27,941 bases of DNA from positions 1-27,941 of the forward strand of contig CAMTVO010000023.1 in assembly GCA_947085205.1 (NCBI GenBank), given 5' to 3'. The position numbers were made by a program, and so were the translations under genes. The notes beneath the pieces were generated by a model that did no database searches, was not told the DNA's origin, and worked only from the letters and a program-made list of their open reading frames with translations. The stretch comes from an uncultured Nitrospiraceae bacterium (GTDB taxonomy: Bacteria > Nitrospirota > Thermodesulfovibrionia > Thermodesulfovibrionales > Dissulfurispiraceae). Below are positions 1-8,391 of the stretch, in pieces; position 1 is the stretch's first letter; each line of letters begins with the position of its first letter.

Positions 1-77
1 CGATCTGCCAATAAAATAGGTAATCAAATGAATCTGGGGTCAAACCTTCAAATTTCATTTATCTCATACTCAATAGA

Positions 78-213
78 TTATTTATCGTAAGGTTTCCAAA
101 GGACATGCCCATCGATCATCTGATAATGATTGACATTGCAAGTTACCAGCTTGCAATTAAGGCACAAAGCATAAGATATCAGAATCTACAACTATAGTTT
201 CAGTTAATTCCAA
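78..213 (-). pseudogene. vapC: VapC/PIN-domain toxin remnant with a large internal deletion
   Basis: TTG at 213 overlaps the antitoxin 3' end and reads MELTETIVVDSDIL (PIN N-terminal VD-x-D motif). After a 1-nt frame change at about 171 it reads ALCLNCKLVTCNVNHYQMIDGHVLWKPYDK* (PIN C-terminal LVT-x-N-x-x-H...KPY). The middle of a normal ~130-aa PIN protein is missing. Confidence 0.8.
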
Positions 214-418
214 GACTTCTTATACTTGTTTTACTTTCTGCTCTCAATTTTTCAAGATAATCTGGTTCGTCTATCCATATTCCGAATGTTTCTTCTAAAA
301 GATTCTTTTCTTCTTTTTCTTCAACGATTAAGTAAACATCAGCATTCTCATCAAACTTAAAATCTTCGGGCAGACAAACAACACCACCAACATACTTACC
401 TTTAACAACCTTTTTCAT
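200..418 (-). CDS. Small antitoxin-like protein (AF2212/DUF104-like, VapB partner), 72 aa
   Basis: MKKVVKGKYVGGVVCLPEDFKFDENADVYLIVEE resembles the AF2212-type N-terminus. Acidic C-terminal FGIWxDxxDY segment. SD AGGAGGA at 424-430 favours ATG 418 over 448. Lies directly upstream of the PIN remnant. Confidence 0.7.
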   Translation of the reverse strand: MKKVVKGKYVGGVVCLPEDFKFDENADVYLIVEEKEEKNLLEETFGIWIDEPDYLEKLRAESKTSIRSLGIN

Positions 419-438
419 TCTATTCCTCCTGTGTTCAT

Positions 439-447
439 ATTGTATCA
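439..447 (-). promoter_or_regulatory. Candidate extended -10 promoter (TGnTACAAT) for the antitoxin-toxin pair
   Basis: Minus strand reads TGATACAAT about 20 nt upstream of ATG 418. Motif match only. Confidence 0.35.
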
Positions 448-488
448 CATTTCTTATATAAATCGCATACCTATTTCAAGAAATATGT

Positions 489-629
489 TTACTCTATTCT
501 CCATTCCATAGACCCGCCGTCAATAATGATATGCTCTATGTTTGAGTATGTCTGATTAACTATGCTTTGTATGCAGTCTTCGATAGTTTCAACTCCATTT
601 AAAACTGCTGTTATAACAGATACTTTCAT
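489..629 (-). pseudogene. Truncated GT2 glycosyltransferase (N-terminal 40 aa only)
   Basis: MKVSVITAVLNGVETIEDCIQSIVNQTYSNIEHIIIDGGS is a canonical GT2 start, then MEWRIE* (stop 489-491). Confidence 0.85.
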
Positions 630-705
630 TGTTTAGATTTGAGGACTTCTACCAGCCAGACATAATATTTATCCCAGTTCCATTCTGCCCAGATGTTCTC
701 CTTTT
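626..705 (-). pseudogene. Possible C-terminal remnant of a GT4-type glycosyltransferase
   Basis: KENIWAEWNWDKYYVWLVEVLKSKQ* resembles a GT-B terminal helix. Its TGA overlaps the GT2-remnant ATG (ATGA). Confidence 0.35.
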
Positions 706-756
706 GACACCTCCGAGGTGTATCATGAGCCATTACTTTACTGGTCTCTGACTATC

Positions 757-782
757 TTGGACTGTATTGGACTGTATTGGGA
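757..782. repeat. Short tandem repeat (TTGGACTGTA)x2 plus partial copy
   Basis: ttggactgta-ttggactgta-ttggga runs into the left arm of the inverted repeat at 779. Confidence 0.8.
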
Positions 783-842
783 CACTTCCCGTATTTTTTC
801 ACTAAAGAGGATAAGTGTCAAGAAAAATATGGGAAGTGTCCC
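779..842. repeat. REP-like inverted repeat pair, ~20-bp arms
   Basis: GGGACACTTCCCGTATTTTT (779-798) pairs with AAAAATATGGGAAGTGTCCC (823-842) with one G-T. Each core is itself a mini-hairpin (GGGA-CACT-TCCC). A related copy GGGATGTGTCCC is at 960-971. Confidence 0.8.
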
Positions 843-876
843 GTACTATTACTATTATATCTGCCGGCTTATCAAT

Positions 877-958
877 ATCCCCCTCTGTCCCCTCCTGAAA
901 TATGAGGGGAGTTTTGAGAGATTCCACGTCATCTTCCTGAACGCACGATAGGGGGAAT
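877..958. repeat. Degenerate C-run/G-run palindromic repeat
   Basis: Inner hairpin TCCCCTC (888-894)/GAGGGGA (904-910). Outer arms ATCCCCCT (877-884)/AGGGGGAAT (950-958). Confidence 0.45.
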
Positions 959-1042
959 TGGGATGTGTCCCTGTTTGATTTGATTAATGTTAAATAGAAC
1001 CGTCCCATTAAACATTTATTGATTTATAAGCTATTAATATTT

Positions 1043-1113
1043 GTCATTCTCTGGCTTGACCAGAGAATCCAGAACCATAAAGACTGGATTCCCCGATCAA
1101 GTCGGGGAATGAC
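1043..1113. repeat. Double-hairpin palindromic element of the GTCAT...ATCCAG / CTGGAT...ATGAC type (REP doublet/MITE-like), possible terminator or mRNA 3' stabiliser
   Basis: GTCATTCTCTGGCTTGACCAGAGAATCCAG, 11-nt spacer, CTGGATTCCCCGATCAAGTCGGGGAATGAC. Each half folds internally and the halves are mutually inverted. Lies 27 nt after the last intact gene's stop. Partial extra copy GTCGGGGAAT at 1124-1133. Confidence 0.85.
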
Positions 1114-1140
1114 GAAAAGGAGCGTCGGGGAATACCATTT

Positions 1141-2139
1141 TCATCCCCTTTTGTGCCGAATTGTCGGCATGTGTGTTTCATTTGACATGAACCAGTCTGC
1201 TGTCTCGCTAAGCCCCTGCTCCATTGTGAATGGCGGAGTCCAGCTTAACTCTCTGCGTATTTTAGCGCTGTCAATTTGTAAGGAACCAGTTAATCGCTCA
1301 ATCTCAGAGCTTTTACCTGCGATCTTTCCAATCATTTTCAAAAGAGACAGCGGACATGGAAATAATCTCGCTTTTTTACCCATTGCCTTGGCTATCATCC
1401 TTATTAACTCAGGAGTAGAAACATCCTGTCCGTCGCTTACTAAATAGGTTTTGCCGATAGTCTCAACTTTCTGTGCACATTTAACAAGAGCATCTATAAT
1501 ATTCTCCAGATAAATAAAACTTTTTCGGTTATTAATACTCTCAAAAGGGAGCGGGAACCCACTATTGATTAATTGCATGAATCGGCTGAAATTCCCCGGA
1601 GCATGCGGTCCATAGACAAGAGGAGGACGCACAATGACTACCTCCATTGCACCGCTAAACTCACGAAGGATCTCTTCAGCTTCCCACTTTGATATCGCGT
1701 AAAGACTACACGGGGAAGGAATATCGCCTTCTGTAAAAGCTCCTTGCTCTGTGCTCTCCCCGTTAACTCCTATCGAACTTATATAAATTATACGACGCAC
1801 CCCGGCAGATACCGACATTTGGGCCAGCCGTTTAGTGCCCATAACATTCACCTCCCTAAATGCAAGCAGGGGGTCATGTACGGACTCTCTCATCACGTGT
1901 ACTCGAGCCGCAAGGTGAATTACAACATCAATACCACGCAGCGCATTGGTCCAGTCAGTATCCCGCCCTATTGAATTAATTATTGAGATATCTATTCCTT
2001 GCGGTTCACAGGCGCTTGAGTGCCTTCGTACTGCTCCTCTAACATAGAAACCTTCAGAAAGAAGCCGTGCACATAATGCACGTCCTATAAATCCGTTTGC
2101 GCCTGTCACAAGCACTTTTGGGGCTGAAATATTATTCAT
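1141..2139 (-). CDS. NAD-dependent epimerase/reductase (SDR), WbpV/WbpK-like, possibly UDP-4-keto-6-deoxy-HexNAc reductase
   Basis: GANGFIG, HLAARVHVM, YAISK, RPPLVYGP, TGSLQID motifs typical of this subfamily. Confidence 0.85.
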   Translation of the reverse strand: MNNISAPKVLVTGANGFIGRALCARLLSEGFYVRGAVRRHSSACEPQGIDISIINSIGRDTDWTNALRGIDVVIHLAARVHVMRESVHDPLLAFREVNVMGTKRLAQMSVSAGVRRIIYISSIGVNGESTEQGAFTEGDIPSPCSLYAISKWEAEEILREFSGAMEVVIVRPPLVYGPHAPGNFSRFMQLINSGFPLPFESINNRKSFIYLENIIDALVKCAQKVETIGKTYLVSDGQDVSTPELIRMIAKAMGKKARLFPCPLSLLKMIGKIAGKSSEIERLTGSLQIDSAKIRRELSWTPPFTMEQGLSETADWFMSNETHMPTIRHKRG

Positions 2140-2151
2140 ATAAGCTGTACA

Positions 2152-3576
2152 TCAATGGAACAAAACCTTAATAGCCATTTTTGCTTTTGATAAAAATTGT
2201 TTTAAGTTTCGTGTTTTTGTGATCTCACGAATTATGACTCGTGGATTCATGTAAAATTGCCGTTGAATCGAGTTCTGCATACTCCTAAGTTCTTCAGAGC
2301 TGAAGAATTGATTAATAAAAGGAGTTCTAAACGATGGCTCAGGAGCCTTAGCAAACTCAAGCCAGTAATCATGTGTGATCACCCCTTCCTTCATCAGCTT
2401 TTGATACAGATATGTTTTCGGCATAGGAGTGCATATCGAGCAATGAAGGTGTTCAGGCCGTATCTCTTTCACCAAACGCATCGTCATATCTATATCCTCC
2501 TTACTCTCCGAGGGGCAACCGATCATAATGTAGGCGCACCGGTCGATCCCGTACTTTCCCGCACTGCGAAATGTATTTTTTATCTGCTCTATGGTAATCC
2601 CCTTTTCCAGATAATCGAGAACGCGCTGCGAGCCGGATTCGACCCCAAAATATATACGGTAGCAGCCAGACCTCTTCAGGTATTCCATCACTTCGTCATC
2701 AAGATAATCCACCCTCGAACTGATCTTGTACTTGATCCCCAGTTTCGCCTCAATGAGTAGCTTGCAAAATTCAATTGTACGGCTGCGATTTATGGTAAAA
2801 TTATCATCCTGGATAAAAAATTCCTTCACCCCGCGCTCCACCCAGAAACTAATTTCTTCCATAATATTTGCGGGGCCGCGGAAACGGTATGCAGTCCTCC
2901 GCATATCGCAGAAAGCGCATCCCTGAGGACAACCGCGCGAAGTCATGATGGTGATCGAATGCCCGGTACAAGCCAGAAGATTGGAATACTTGTATGTATC
3001 GACAAGATCATAGGCGGGGAAAGGCAGTTCATCAAGTCTCCGCATTACTTCCTGCTGAGCGGTGATTCTGATCTCTCCATTACTCGTTCTAAATCCAATT
3101 CCTTTTATCTTCTCAAATTCCTCCTCATCCACTCCCATATTTTTCCCGAATGCCGCTATCAGTTTGGGAAAGCTAACTTCTCCCTCACCGATCACAATAA
3201 AATCTGCCCACCCCAATTCCAGTGTCTCATAGGGATACAATGTCGGATGCCAGCCGCCATAGCAGATTCTCGTGGCAGGGCTGTACTTGCGAATTAACCT
3301 GCTCACTTCTATGCAGTTCAGCAGATTAAATGTAAGGACGCTGAATCCGACTATGTCAGGGGTCTCTTCCCTTATGATTTCCCCGATATCATTGAGGGAT
3401 AGTCCCTCAGCATTTGCATCGATGATCCGAACCTCTATGCCCAAAGACATTCGCAGTGCTGCAGCAACATAAAGAAGCCCCAAATATGGTCGTACCGTAT
3501 TGCTCTTGTCTGCCTTTACGAAAGCATATGGTTCTATATAGTGAATATCAGGAGGAACAATAAAAAAAATCTTCAT
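2152..3576 (-). CDS. B12-binding-domain radical SAM protein (class B methyltransferase-like)
   Basis: N-terminal cobalamin-binding fold (PYLGLLYVAA, PDIVGFS, GGWHPT, GEGE), TSRGCPQGCAFC CX3CX2C, DDNFT, GVESGS. Confidence 0.9.
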   Translation of the reverse strand: MKIFFIVPPDIHYIEPYAFVKADKSNTVRPYLGLLYVAAALRMSLGIEVRIIDANAEGLSLNDIGEIIREETPDIVGFSVLTFNLLNCIEVSRLIRKYSPATRICYGGWHPTLYPYETLELGWADFIVIGEGEVSFPKLIAAFGKNMGVDEEEFEKIKGIGFRTSNGEIRITAQQEVMRRLDELPFPAYDLVDTYKYSNLLACTGHSITIMTSRGCPQGCAFCDMRRTAYRFRGPANIMEEISFWVERGVKEFFIQDDNFTINRSRTIEFCKLLIEAKLGIKYKISSRVDYLDDEVMEYLKRSGCYRIYFGVESGSQRVLDYLEKGITIEQIKNTFRSAGKYGIDRCAYIMIGCPSESKEDIDMTMRLVKEIRPEHLHCSICTPMPKTYLYQKLMKEGVITHDYWLEFAKAPEPSFRTPFINQFFSSEELRSMQNSIQRQFYMNPRVIIREITKTRNLKQFLSKAKMAIKVLFH

Positions 3577-3606
3577 TATATTAACCCATTCAAAAATTAA
3601 CCGGTG

Positions 3607-4851
3607 TCATACCTCATTCTGTTTAAAAATGTTTTCGATTAATTTGCAGTAGCTATCTATTCCTTTATTGTACGTATATTTATTTTCAACTGCCAGTCGA
3701 GCACGTGAACCCATCTGTTGTAATTTTATGGGATTTGAGTAGGCATTCAATATAACCTCAGCTAATTCATTTGGTGCGTCAGGAGTCGTTACCCAGCCAA
3801 TTTCTTCCTCATTAATCACAAGCGATACTTCCGAGTCATGTTCGGCAATAGCAATAATAGGTTTACCTGCTGCCATAATATTATATAGCCGACTAGGAAC
3901 AGCAGCTCCTTTCATTCCTGATATTAACGAAACTATTGCAATATCACAGGCATTCAAAAAAATTGGTTGGTCAATGCGTGGTCTTTGTCCTATGATAGTT
4001 ATGTTCTTAAGCAGTTTATCTTGAACGGTTTTTTCCATCCATTCTCTTTTGACGCCAGTACCGATAAAAAGAAAATGTATATCAGACTTTTCTTGTAACA
4101 TTTCAGCAGCTACAAACATGCTTTCTATTCCTTGAGCACGACCCATATTGCCTGCACACTGGACAACAAATTTATTTTTCAGCCCTAGTTCATTAATTAA
4201 AGTATTATTATTTTTGGGCATAGGGGCAACTAAATCTAAATCTGCCCAATTAGTAATTGTGGTTACATGATTAAAATTCAAATCACGATACGATTTTGTT
4301 TCTACCAGTTGTTTCATGTCTCTTCCTAAAACAGTAATATGGTCAACACTTCTATAAAGCCACCTATTCAAGAAAGACATTAAACGCGCTAATATACTTC
4401 TGGATTCAGTAATGCCGGTTGCAATTAATGTTTCCGGGTAAATATCCTCAATGCGAAGTATACATTTTGCCTGAACTAATTTACATGCAATTGCAATGAC
4501 AAAAGGCAATGAGGGCGGCGCGGTTGCCACGATTACTAAATCCTGTTTTCGAATTTTCAACAATGCCTTTATAAAAATAGACATGCTAATAGTGAAGAAA
4601 TTAATCAACCTCAGTAAAAGTATTTTTTTATCAAATTTCGTTGAGAAACATCTTTCTATATGTACATTGTTATGTATTTCTTTCTTCGGGAGGCAGTCAT
4701 GATCCCTATCTCGGTGAGGGTAACCACAGATAACATGTACATTATATATTTGCGCAAGACCTTCGGCCAGTTTTGTCATAAAATGGCCTCCTCCTTGCTC
4801 ATCGGGATAATATACTTCGGAAATAACCCAAACCTTATCAGGCACCTTCAA
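3607..4851 (-). CDS. GT4 glycosyltransferase, WbuB-like
   Basis: SEVYYPD, EDIYPE, NWAD, GNMGRAQG, VPSRLYNIMAAGKP. TTG start with AAGGAG SD at 4863-4868. Confidence 0.9.
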   Translation of the reverse strand: MKVPDKVWVISEVYYPDEQGGGHFMTKLAEGLAQIYNVHVICGYPHRDRDHDCLPKKEIHNNVHIERCFSTKFDKKILLLRLINFFTISMSIFIKALLKIRKQDLVIVATAPPSLPFVIAIACKLVQAKCILRIEDIYPETLIATGITESRSILARLMSFLNRWLYRSVDHITVLGRDMKQLVETKSYRDLNFNHVTTITNWADLDLVAPMPKNNNTLINELGLKNKFVVQCAGNMGRAQGIESMFVAAEMLQEKSDIHFLFIGTGVKREWMEKTVQDKLLKNITIIGQRPRIDQPIFLNACDIAIVSLISGMKGAAVPSRLYNIMAAGKPIIAIAEHDSEVSLVINEEEIGWVTTPDAPNELAEVILNAYSNPIKLQQMGSRARLAVENKYTYNKGIDSYCKLIENIFKQNEV

Positions 4852-4963
4852 TGTTGTAATTACTCCTTTTCCGCTATTACACCAAATCCATCAGCAGTCA
4901 TGCCTGGCGGAAATGCTGCATTAAGGCAAATGTTCTGCTGTTTCGCAGTATTTTCTTACACTT

Positions 4964-4991
4964 AGCGCTATTCTCTCTGCGCTTTGCATCT
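4964..4991. repeat. Solo degenerate 7-bp repeat run related to those flanking the four-helix-bundle gene
   Basis: Plus strand agcgcta-ttctctc-tgcgctt-tgcatct immediately after the stop of the upstream epimerase. Same orientation and core (TGCGCT) as 26615-26650. Confidence 0.5.
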
Positions 4992-5911
4992 TACTTGCAA
5001 TATACTTTCCTCATCCATGCCACATATCTCTTTATCCCTTCTCTTATATCAATCTGAGGGTTATGGTTCAGATCCCGACAGGACTTAGAGTAGTCAACGA
5101 CCTTCACCCGCGTAGTAAAACCTTCTTCTCCTTTGTATTTGGCAAGTGAAGAACTGGCACCAGTTTCTTTTAGAACTATATCAGCAAGTTCCTCGATGCT
5201 AATCACCCATTCTTCTTTGCCTCCAATATTATAAACTTCGCCTGGGATGAAGTTATCTGTTATATTTGCAAAAGTCCTGCATGTATCTTCCACATAGTCA
5301 AAAATTCTTTTGTGGCCTTTGTACACAGTGAAGGGCTTGTTCTTAAGGCAGTGGTATACAAAAATGGGGATCACCCCCCTGTACCTGCTGTAATACTCAT
5401 GAGGGCCATAACAACCTACGGGACGAACACGTACCACCTCTACGCCAAACATTGCAGCATGGTTTAAACATTGCAACTCCCCTGCCCATTTACTGATTGC
5501 ATAATCATTCATTTGTTTTATGGGTATGCGCTCCATCACATCTTCGGACATAAGTCCATCATAATCTCCATAAACCTCAGCACTGGAAAAAAAGATCATC
5601 TTAAAACGATGTTGCTCCTGAAGACGCAACAGGTTCTTGGTCCCGACAACATTAGTGCGCCAGAGATTCTCATAGTGGTCTTCCCCGTTCCAGCGTCCAT
5701 ATTCAGCCGCCAAATGATATACATAATCAAACCTATGCTCCCTAAAAATACTATCCATCTGCTGATAAACACTTGTATCAGCTTTCAAGTGTTGCTCATC
5801 TTCCCCTTGCAAAATATCGCACGTCCAAACCTCATGCCCCCTTGAACGCAACTCATTTGTTAAATTAGTGCCAATAAAGCCTCTTCCACCTGTGACAAAA
5901 ATTTTAGCCAT
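4991..5911 (-). CDS. NAD-dependent nucleotide-sugar epimerase/dehydratase (extended SDR)
   Basis: GGRGFIG, HLAAEYG, SSAEVYG, YAISK. ATG 5911 with GGAGG SD. Confidence 0.9.
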   Translation of the reverse strand: MAKIFVTGGRGFIGTNLTNELRSRGHEVWTCDILQGEDEQHLKADTSVYQQMDSIFREHRFDYVYHLAAEYGRWNGEDHYENLWRTNVVGTKNLLRLQEQHRFKMIFFSSAEVYGDYDGLMSEDVMERIPIKQMNDYAISKWAGELQCLNHAAMFGVEVVRVRPVGCYGPHEYYSRYRGVIPIFVYHCLKNKPFTVYKGHKRIFDYVEDTCRTFANITDNFIPGEVYNIGGKEEWVISIEELADIVLKETGASSSLAKYKGEEGFTTRVKVVDYSKSCRDLNHNPQIDIREGIKRYVAWMRKVYCK

Positions 5912-5967
5912 CAATTGCCTCCCAGTTTATTTTGATGAATATCCACTATTCTCTCTGCAGCCTTACC
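5911..5967 (-). pseudogene. C-terminal remnant of a second UDP-GlcNAc 2-epimerase
   Basis: GKAAERIVDIHQNKLGGN* versus DGKAAKRIVEILLSNI* at the end of the intact WecB in this window. TGA overlaps the next ATG (TGATG). Confidence 0.7.
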
Positions 5968-6061
5968 TATCATGATAAACAATTATCACATCATTTCTCT
6001 TATCTTCTATCCTCTTTACAGACTGCATTATACGTTCTTTTAACTTTGATATGTTGTCCAT
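5963..6061 (-). pseudogene. N-terminal gene remnant, possibly DHH-family phosphoesterase
   Basis: ATG 3 nt after the upstream stop. MDNISKLKERIMQSVKRIEDKRNDVIIVYHD ends where a DHH HxDxDG motif would begin. Confidence 0.45.
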
Positions 6062-6064
6062 TTT

Positions 6065-7201
6065 TCAAGACCTACTTTCGTTAAAACAGATACTCTCTAC
6101 ACCTCTTACTGCGCTGCTCATACCTGGTTTGAAATCCGCTAAGGCTTCAATTTTATCCCAATTGTCGCTGAACCACTCAATATTAGTCCTAAGGCCATCC
6201 TCAAAATTAATCATGGGGTTATAGTTTATCAATTTTTGAGCTTTCTCGATTGAAGCTAAGAGCCTTGGTTTAGTATCCCATTTACGACGCTCTCTAAATA
6301 AAATCTCTGCTGTGTTGCCTGTTGCCTTATTTACCATATTTGCCAAATCAATTATTCTAACTTCACTTCCAGAAGCCAGGTTGAAGTTTTCCCCAATAGC
6401 CTCTTTACAATAACCTGCCTTAACTAAACCCTGAACCAAGTCAAGCACATATGTAAAGTCTCTTGTTTCCTCGCCATTTCCTGTAATCGGAAGCGAAACG
6501 CCTTTCATTGCCCAATAAATAAAGTTAGGAATAACATTTCTGTATTGCCCTGGAACTTCACCGGGACCGTAAGAATTAAAGAACCGACAGTTTACAATCG
6601 GTAGTCCATAGTGATGATGGTAGAAATTACAATACATCTCTCCGGTCATTTTATTGATCTGATACGGCGTGGTAAGGTGCATGGATATGAACTCCTCTTT
6701 TAACGGAAGTTCAGGATAGGAACCGTAAATTGCACATCCGCTTGAAGCATAAATGAATTTTTCTATCCGGGCTATTCTTGAGTATTCCAACAATTTTATT
6801 TGACCAATCACATCCACCTCTGCTGAGGTCTCAGGATAATCAACAGAATTCTGATTTGCAAAAAAAGCTGCCAGATGGAAAACAATACTCGGCTCCTCTT
6901 TAAATACTCTTTTCAAATCAATATCGCTGCGCACATCACCCATAACAAACATGATATTGGGAAGGGGAGTCACATTCCATGGGTCTTTCGCTTTTATAGA
7001 GGAAAGGTTATCCAGAACCAGTATCTTTCCATTACTGCCGACAAGACTCGAAAGGGCAATAATCAAATTGCTTCCTATCGCTCCTGCTCCGCCTGTCACA
7101 AGAATTGTTCTTCCTGCATAGTAATCGGAAATCTCTCGCGCAAGATTCATCCTGTCCATGTATTCATTTGCAAGGCTTATCCGTTTCTCATAATTTCCCA
7201 T
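6065..7201 (-). CDS. NAD-dependent nucleotide-sugar epimerase/dehydratase (extended SDR)
   Basis: GGAGAIG, HLAAFFANQ, SSGCAIYG, YQINK, RFFNSYGP, TRDFTYV. GGAGG SD. Confidence 0.9.
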   Translation of the reverse strand: MGNYEKRISLANEYMDRMNLAREISDYYAGRTILVTGGAGAIGSNLIIALSSLVGSNGKILVLDNLSSIKAKDPWNVTPLPNIMFVMGDVRSDIDLKRVFKEEPSIVFHLAAFFANQNSVDYPETSAEVDVIGQIKLLEYSRIARIEKFIYASSGCAIYGSYPELPLKEEFISMHLTTPYQINKMTGEMYCNFYHHHYGLPIVNCRFFNSYGPGEVPGQYRNVIPNFIYWAMKGVSLPITGNGEETRDFTYVLDLVQGLVKAGYCKEAIGENFNLASGSEVRIIDLANMVNKATGNTAEILFRERRKWDTKPRLLASIEKAQKLINYNPMINFEDGLRTNIEWFSDNWDKIEALADFKPGMSSAVRGVESICFNESRS

Positions 7202-7212
7202 TTAAACCTCCA

Positions 7213-8355
7213 CTATATGTTTGATAAAAGTATTTCCACAATTCGTTTTGCCGCTTTTCCATCCCCATAAGGATTAATAGCTCTTGCCATTCCATTATAA
7301 GCAGCTTTATCATATAATAATCGTTCAGTTTCCATCACAATTCTATCCGTATAGGGTCCGACCAGTTTTGCAGTCCCCGCCTCCACACCTTCAGGACGCT
7401 CTGTCTCTGTGCGCATCACAAGCACTGGTTTTCCAAGTGAAGGCGCTTCTTCCTGTATGCCACCTGAATCTGTCAGAATAATTGAAGCGGCATTCATCAG
7501 ATGCGCCATTGCATCATATTCTACAGGCTCTATCAACAATACTCTATCCAGCCCTTTTAAAAGGCGGTTTACAGGCTCTTGCACATTCGGATTTAAATGA
7601 ACAGGATAAACAATGACAATGTCCTGATTTCTCTCAACTAATTGTTTAATGCCCTGACATATATTTTCAAACCCTTCGCCAAAATTCTCACGCCTGTGAG
7701 CAGTAACAAGAATTATTTTCCGCTCCTTACCATTATCACTAATTCCAACTCTGTTCAGAATCTCTTTTACAGCCATGGGAACAGGTTTCTTTAAAATCAT
7801 ATGCAGCGCATCGATTACAGTATTTCCTGTTACATATATCCGTTCCTGTGCGACACTTTCGCTAAGTAACGCTATCTTTGCTTTTTCGGTAGGAGCAAAA
7901 TGGTAATAGCTCAAGATACTAGTCACTCTCCTGTTCATTTCCTCAGGAAAAGGTGAGCATAAATCATGTGAGCGCAAACCAGCTTCTACATGTCCAACGG
8001 AAATCTTATTATAAAAGGCCGCTAAAGCAGCAGCCATCACCGTTGTCGTATCCCCTTGAATCAGGACTACATCAGGCTGTTCCTTCTTTAAAACACTGTC
8101 AACGCTGTTAATAACTCTGCCTGTCAGTCCTGATAGTGTCTGGTTAGGCATCATCAAATCAAGATCAATATCAGGAACAATGTCAAAAAGCTCTAATACC
8201 TGATCGAGCATCTGTCTATGCTGGGCCGTAACACAAACCTTAGTCTGTATGTTAAAGCACTTCTTAAGCTCAAGAATTACTGGCGCAAGTTTGATAGCCT
8301 CTGGCCTCGTACCAAAGACAAAAAGGATTTTTTGTACTGTTTTATTGTTTTTCAC
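7213..8355 (-). CDS. wecB: UDP-N-acetylglucosamine 2-epimerase (non-hydrolysing)
   Basis: FGTRPEAIK, TAQHRQMLDQ, QGDTTT, HVEAGLRS, PEEMNR, HRREN, DSGGIQEEAP, NPYGDG. Confidence 0.97.
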   Translation of the reverse strand: MKNNKTVQKILFVFGTRPEAIKLAPVILELKKCFNIQTKVCVTAQHRQMLDQVLELFDIVPDIDLDLMMPNQTLSGLTGRVINSVDSVLKKEQPDVVLIQGDTTTVMAAALAAFYNKISVGHVEAGLRSHDLCSPFPEEMNRRVTSILSYYHFAPTEKAKIALLSESVAQERIYVTGNTVIDALHMILKKPVPMAVKEILNRVGISDNGKERKIILVTAHRRENFGEGFENICQGIKQLVERNQDIVIVYPVHLNPNVQEPVNRLLKGLDRVLLIEPVEYDAMAHLMNAASIILTDSGGIQEEAPSLGKPVLVMRTETERPEGVEAGTAKLVGPYTDRIVMETERLLYDKAAYNGMARAINPYGDGKAAKRIVEILLSNI

Positions 8356-8391
8356 AAAACCAACCTATACTGTTAAAAACAAAAATATCCC

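Noticed and set aside
27..60. GGGGTCAAACCTT with short AAATGAA/TTCATTT arms as a REP-like element
   Set aside because: Single short copy at the window edge, so it cannot be supported without flanking sequence.
757..1133. CRISPR array or integron attC sites
   Set aside because: No constant repeat with regular unique spacers, no cas or integrase gene, and no clear attC core-site pairs.
718..1447. ORFs 718-951(+), 802-1008(-) and 1019-1447(+)
   Set aside because: They run through palindromic repeats (e.g. WIPRSSRGMT is the translated 1084-1113 hairpin) or are antisense to a real gene. No protein motifs.
4968..5958. Exact 13-bp direct repeat CTATTCTCTCTGC (4968-4980 and 5946-5958) flanking the epimerase, as a target-site duplication
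   Set aside because: A few 13-mer matches are expected by chance in 28 kb. One copy is explained by wecB-remnant codons (AERI) and the other by the heptamer run.
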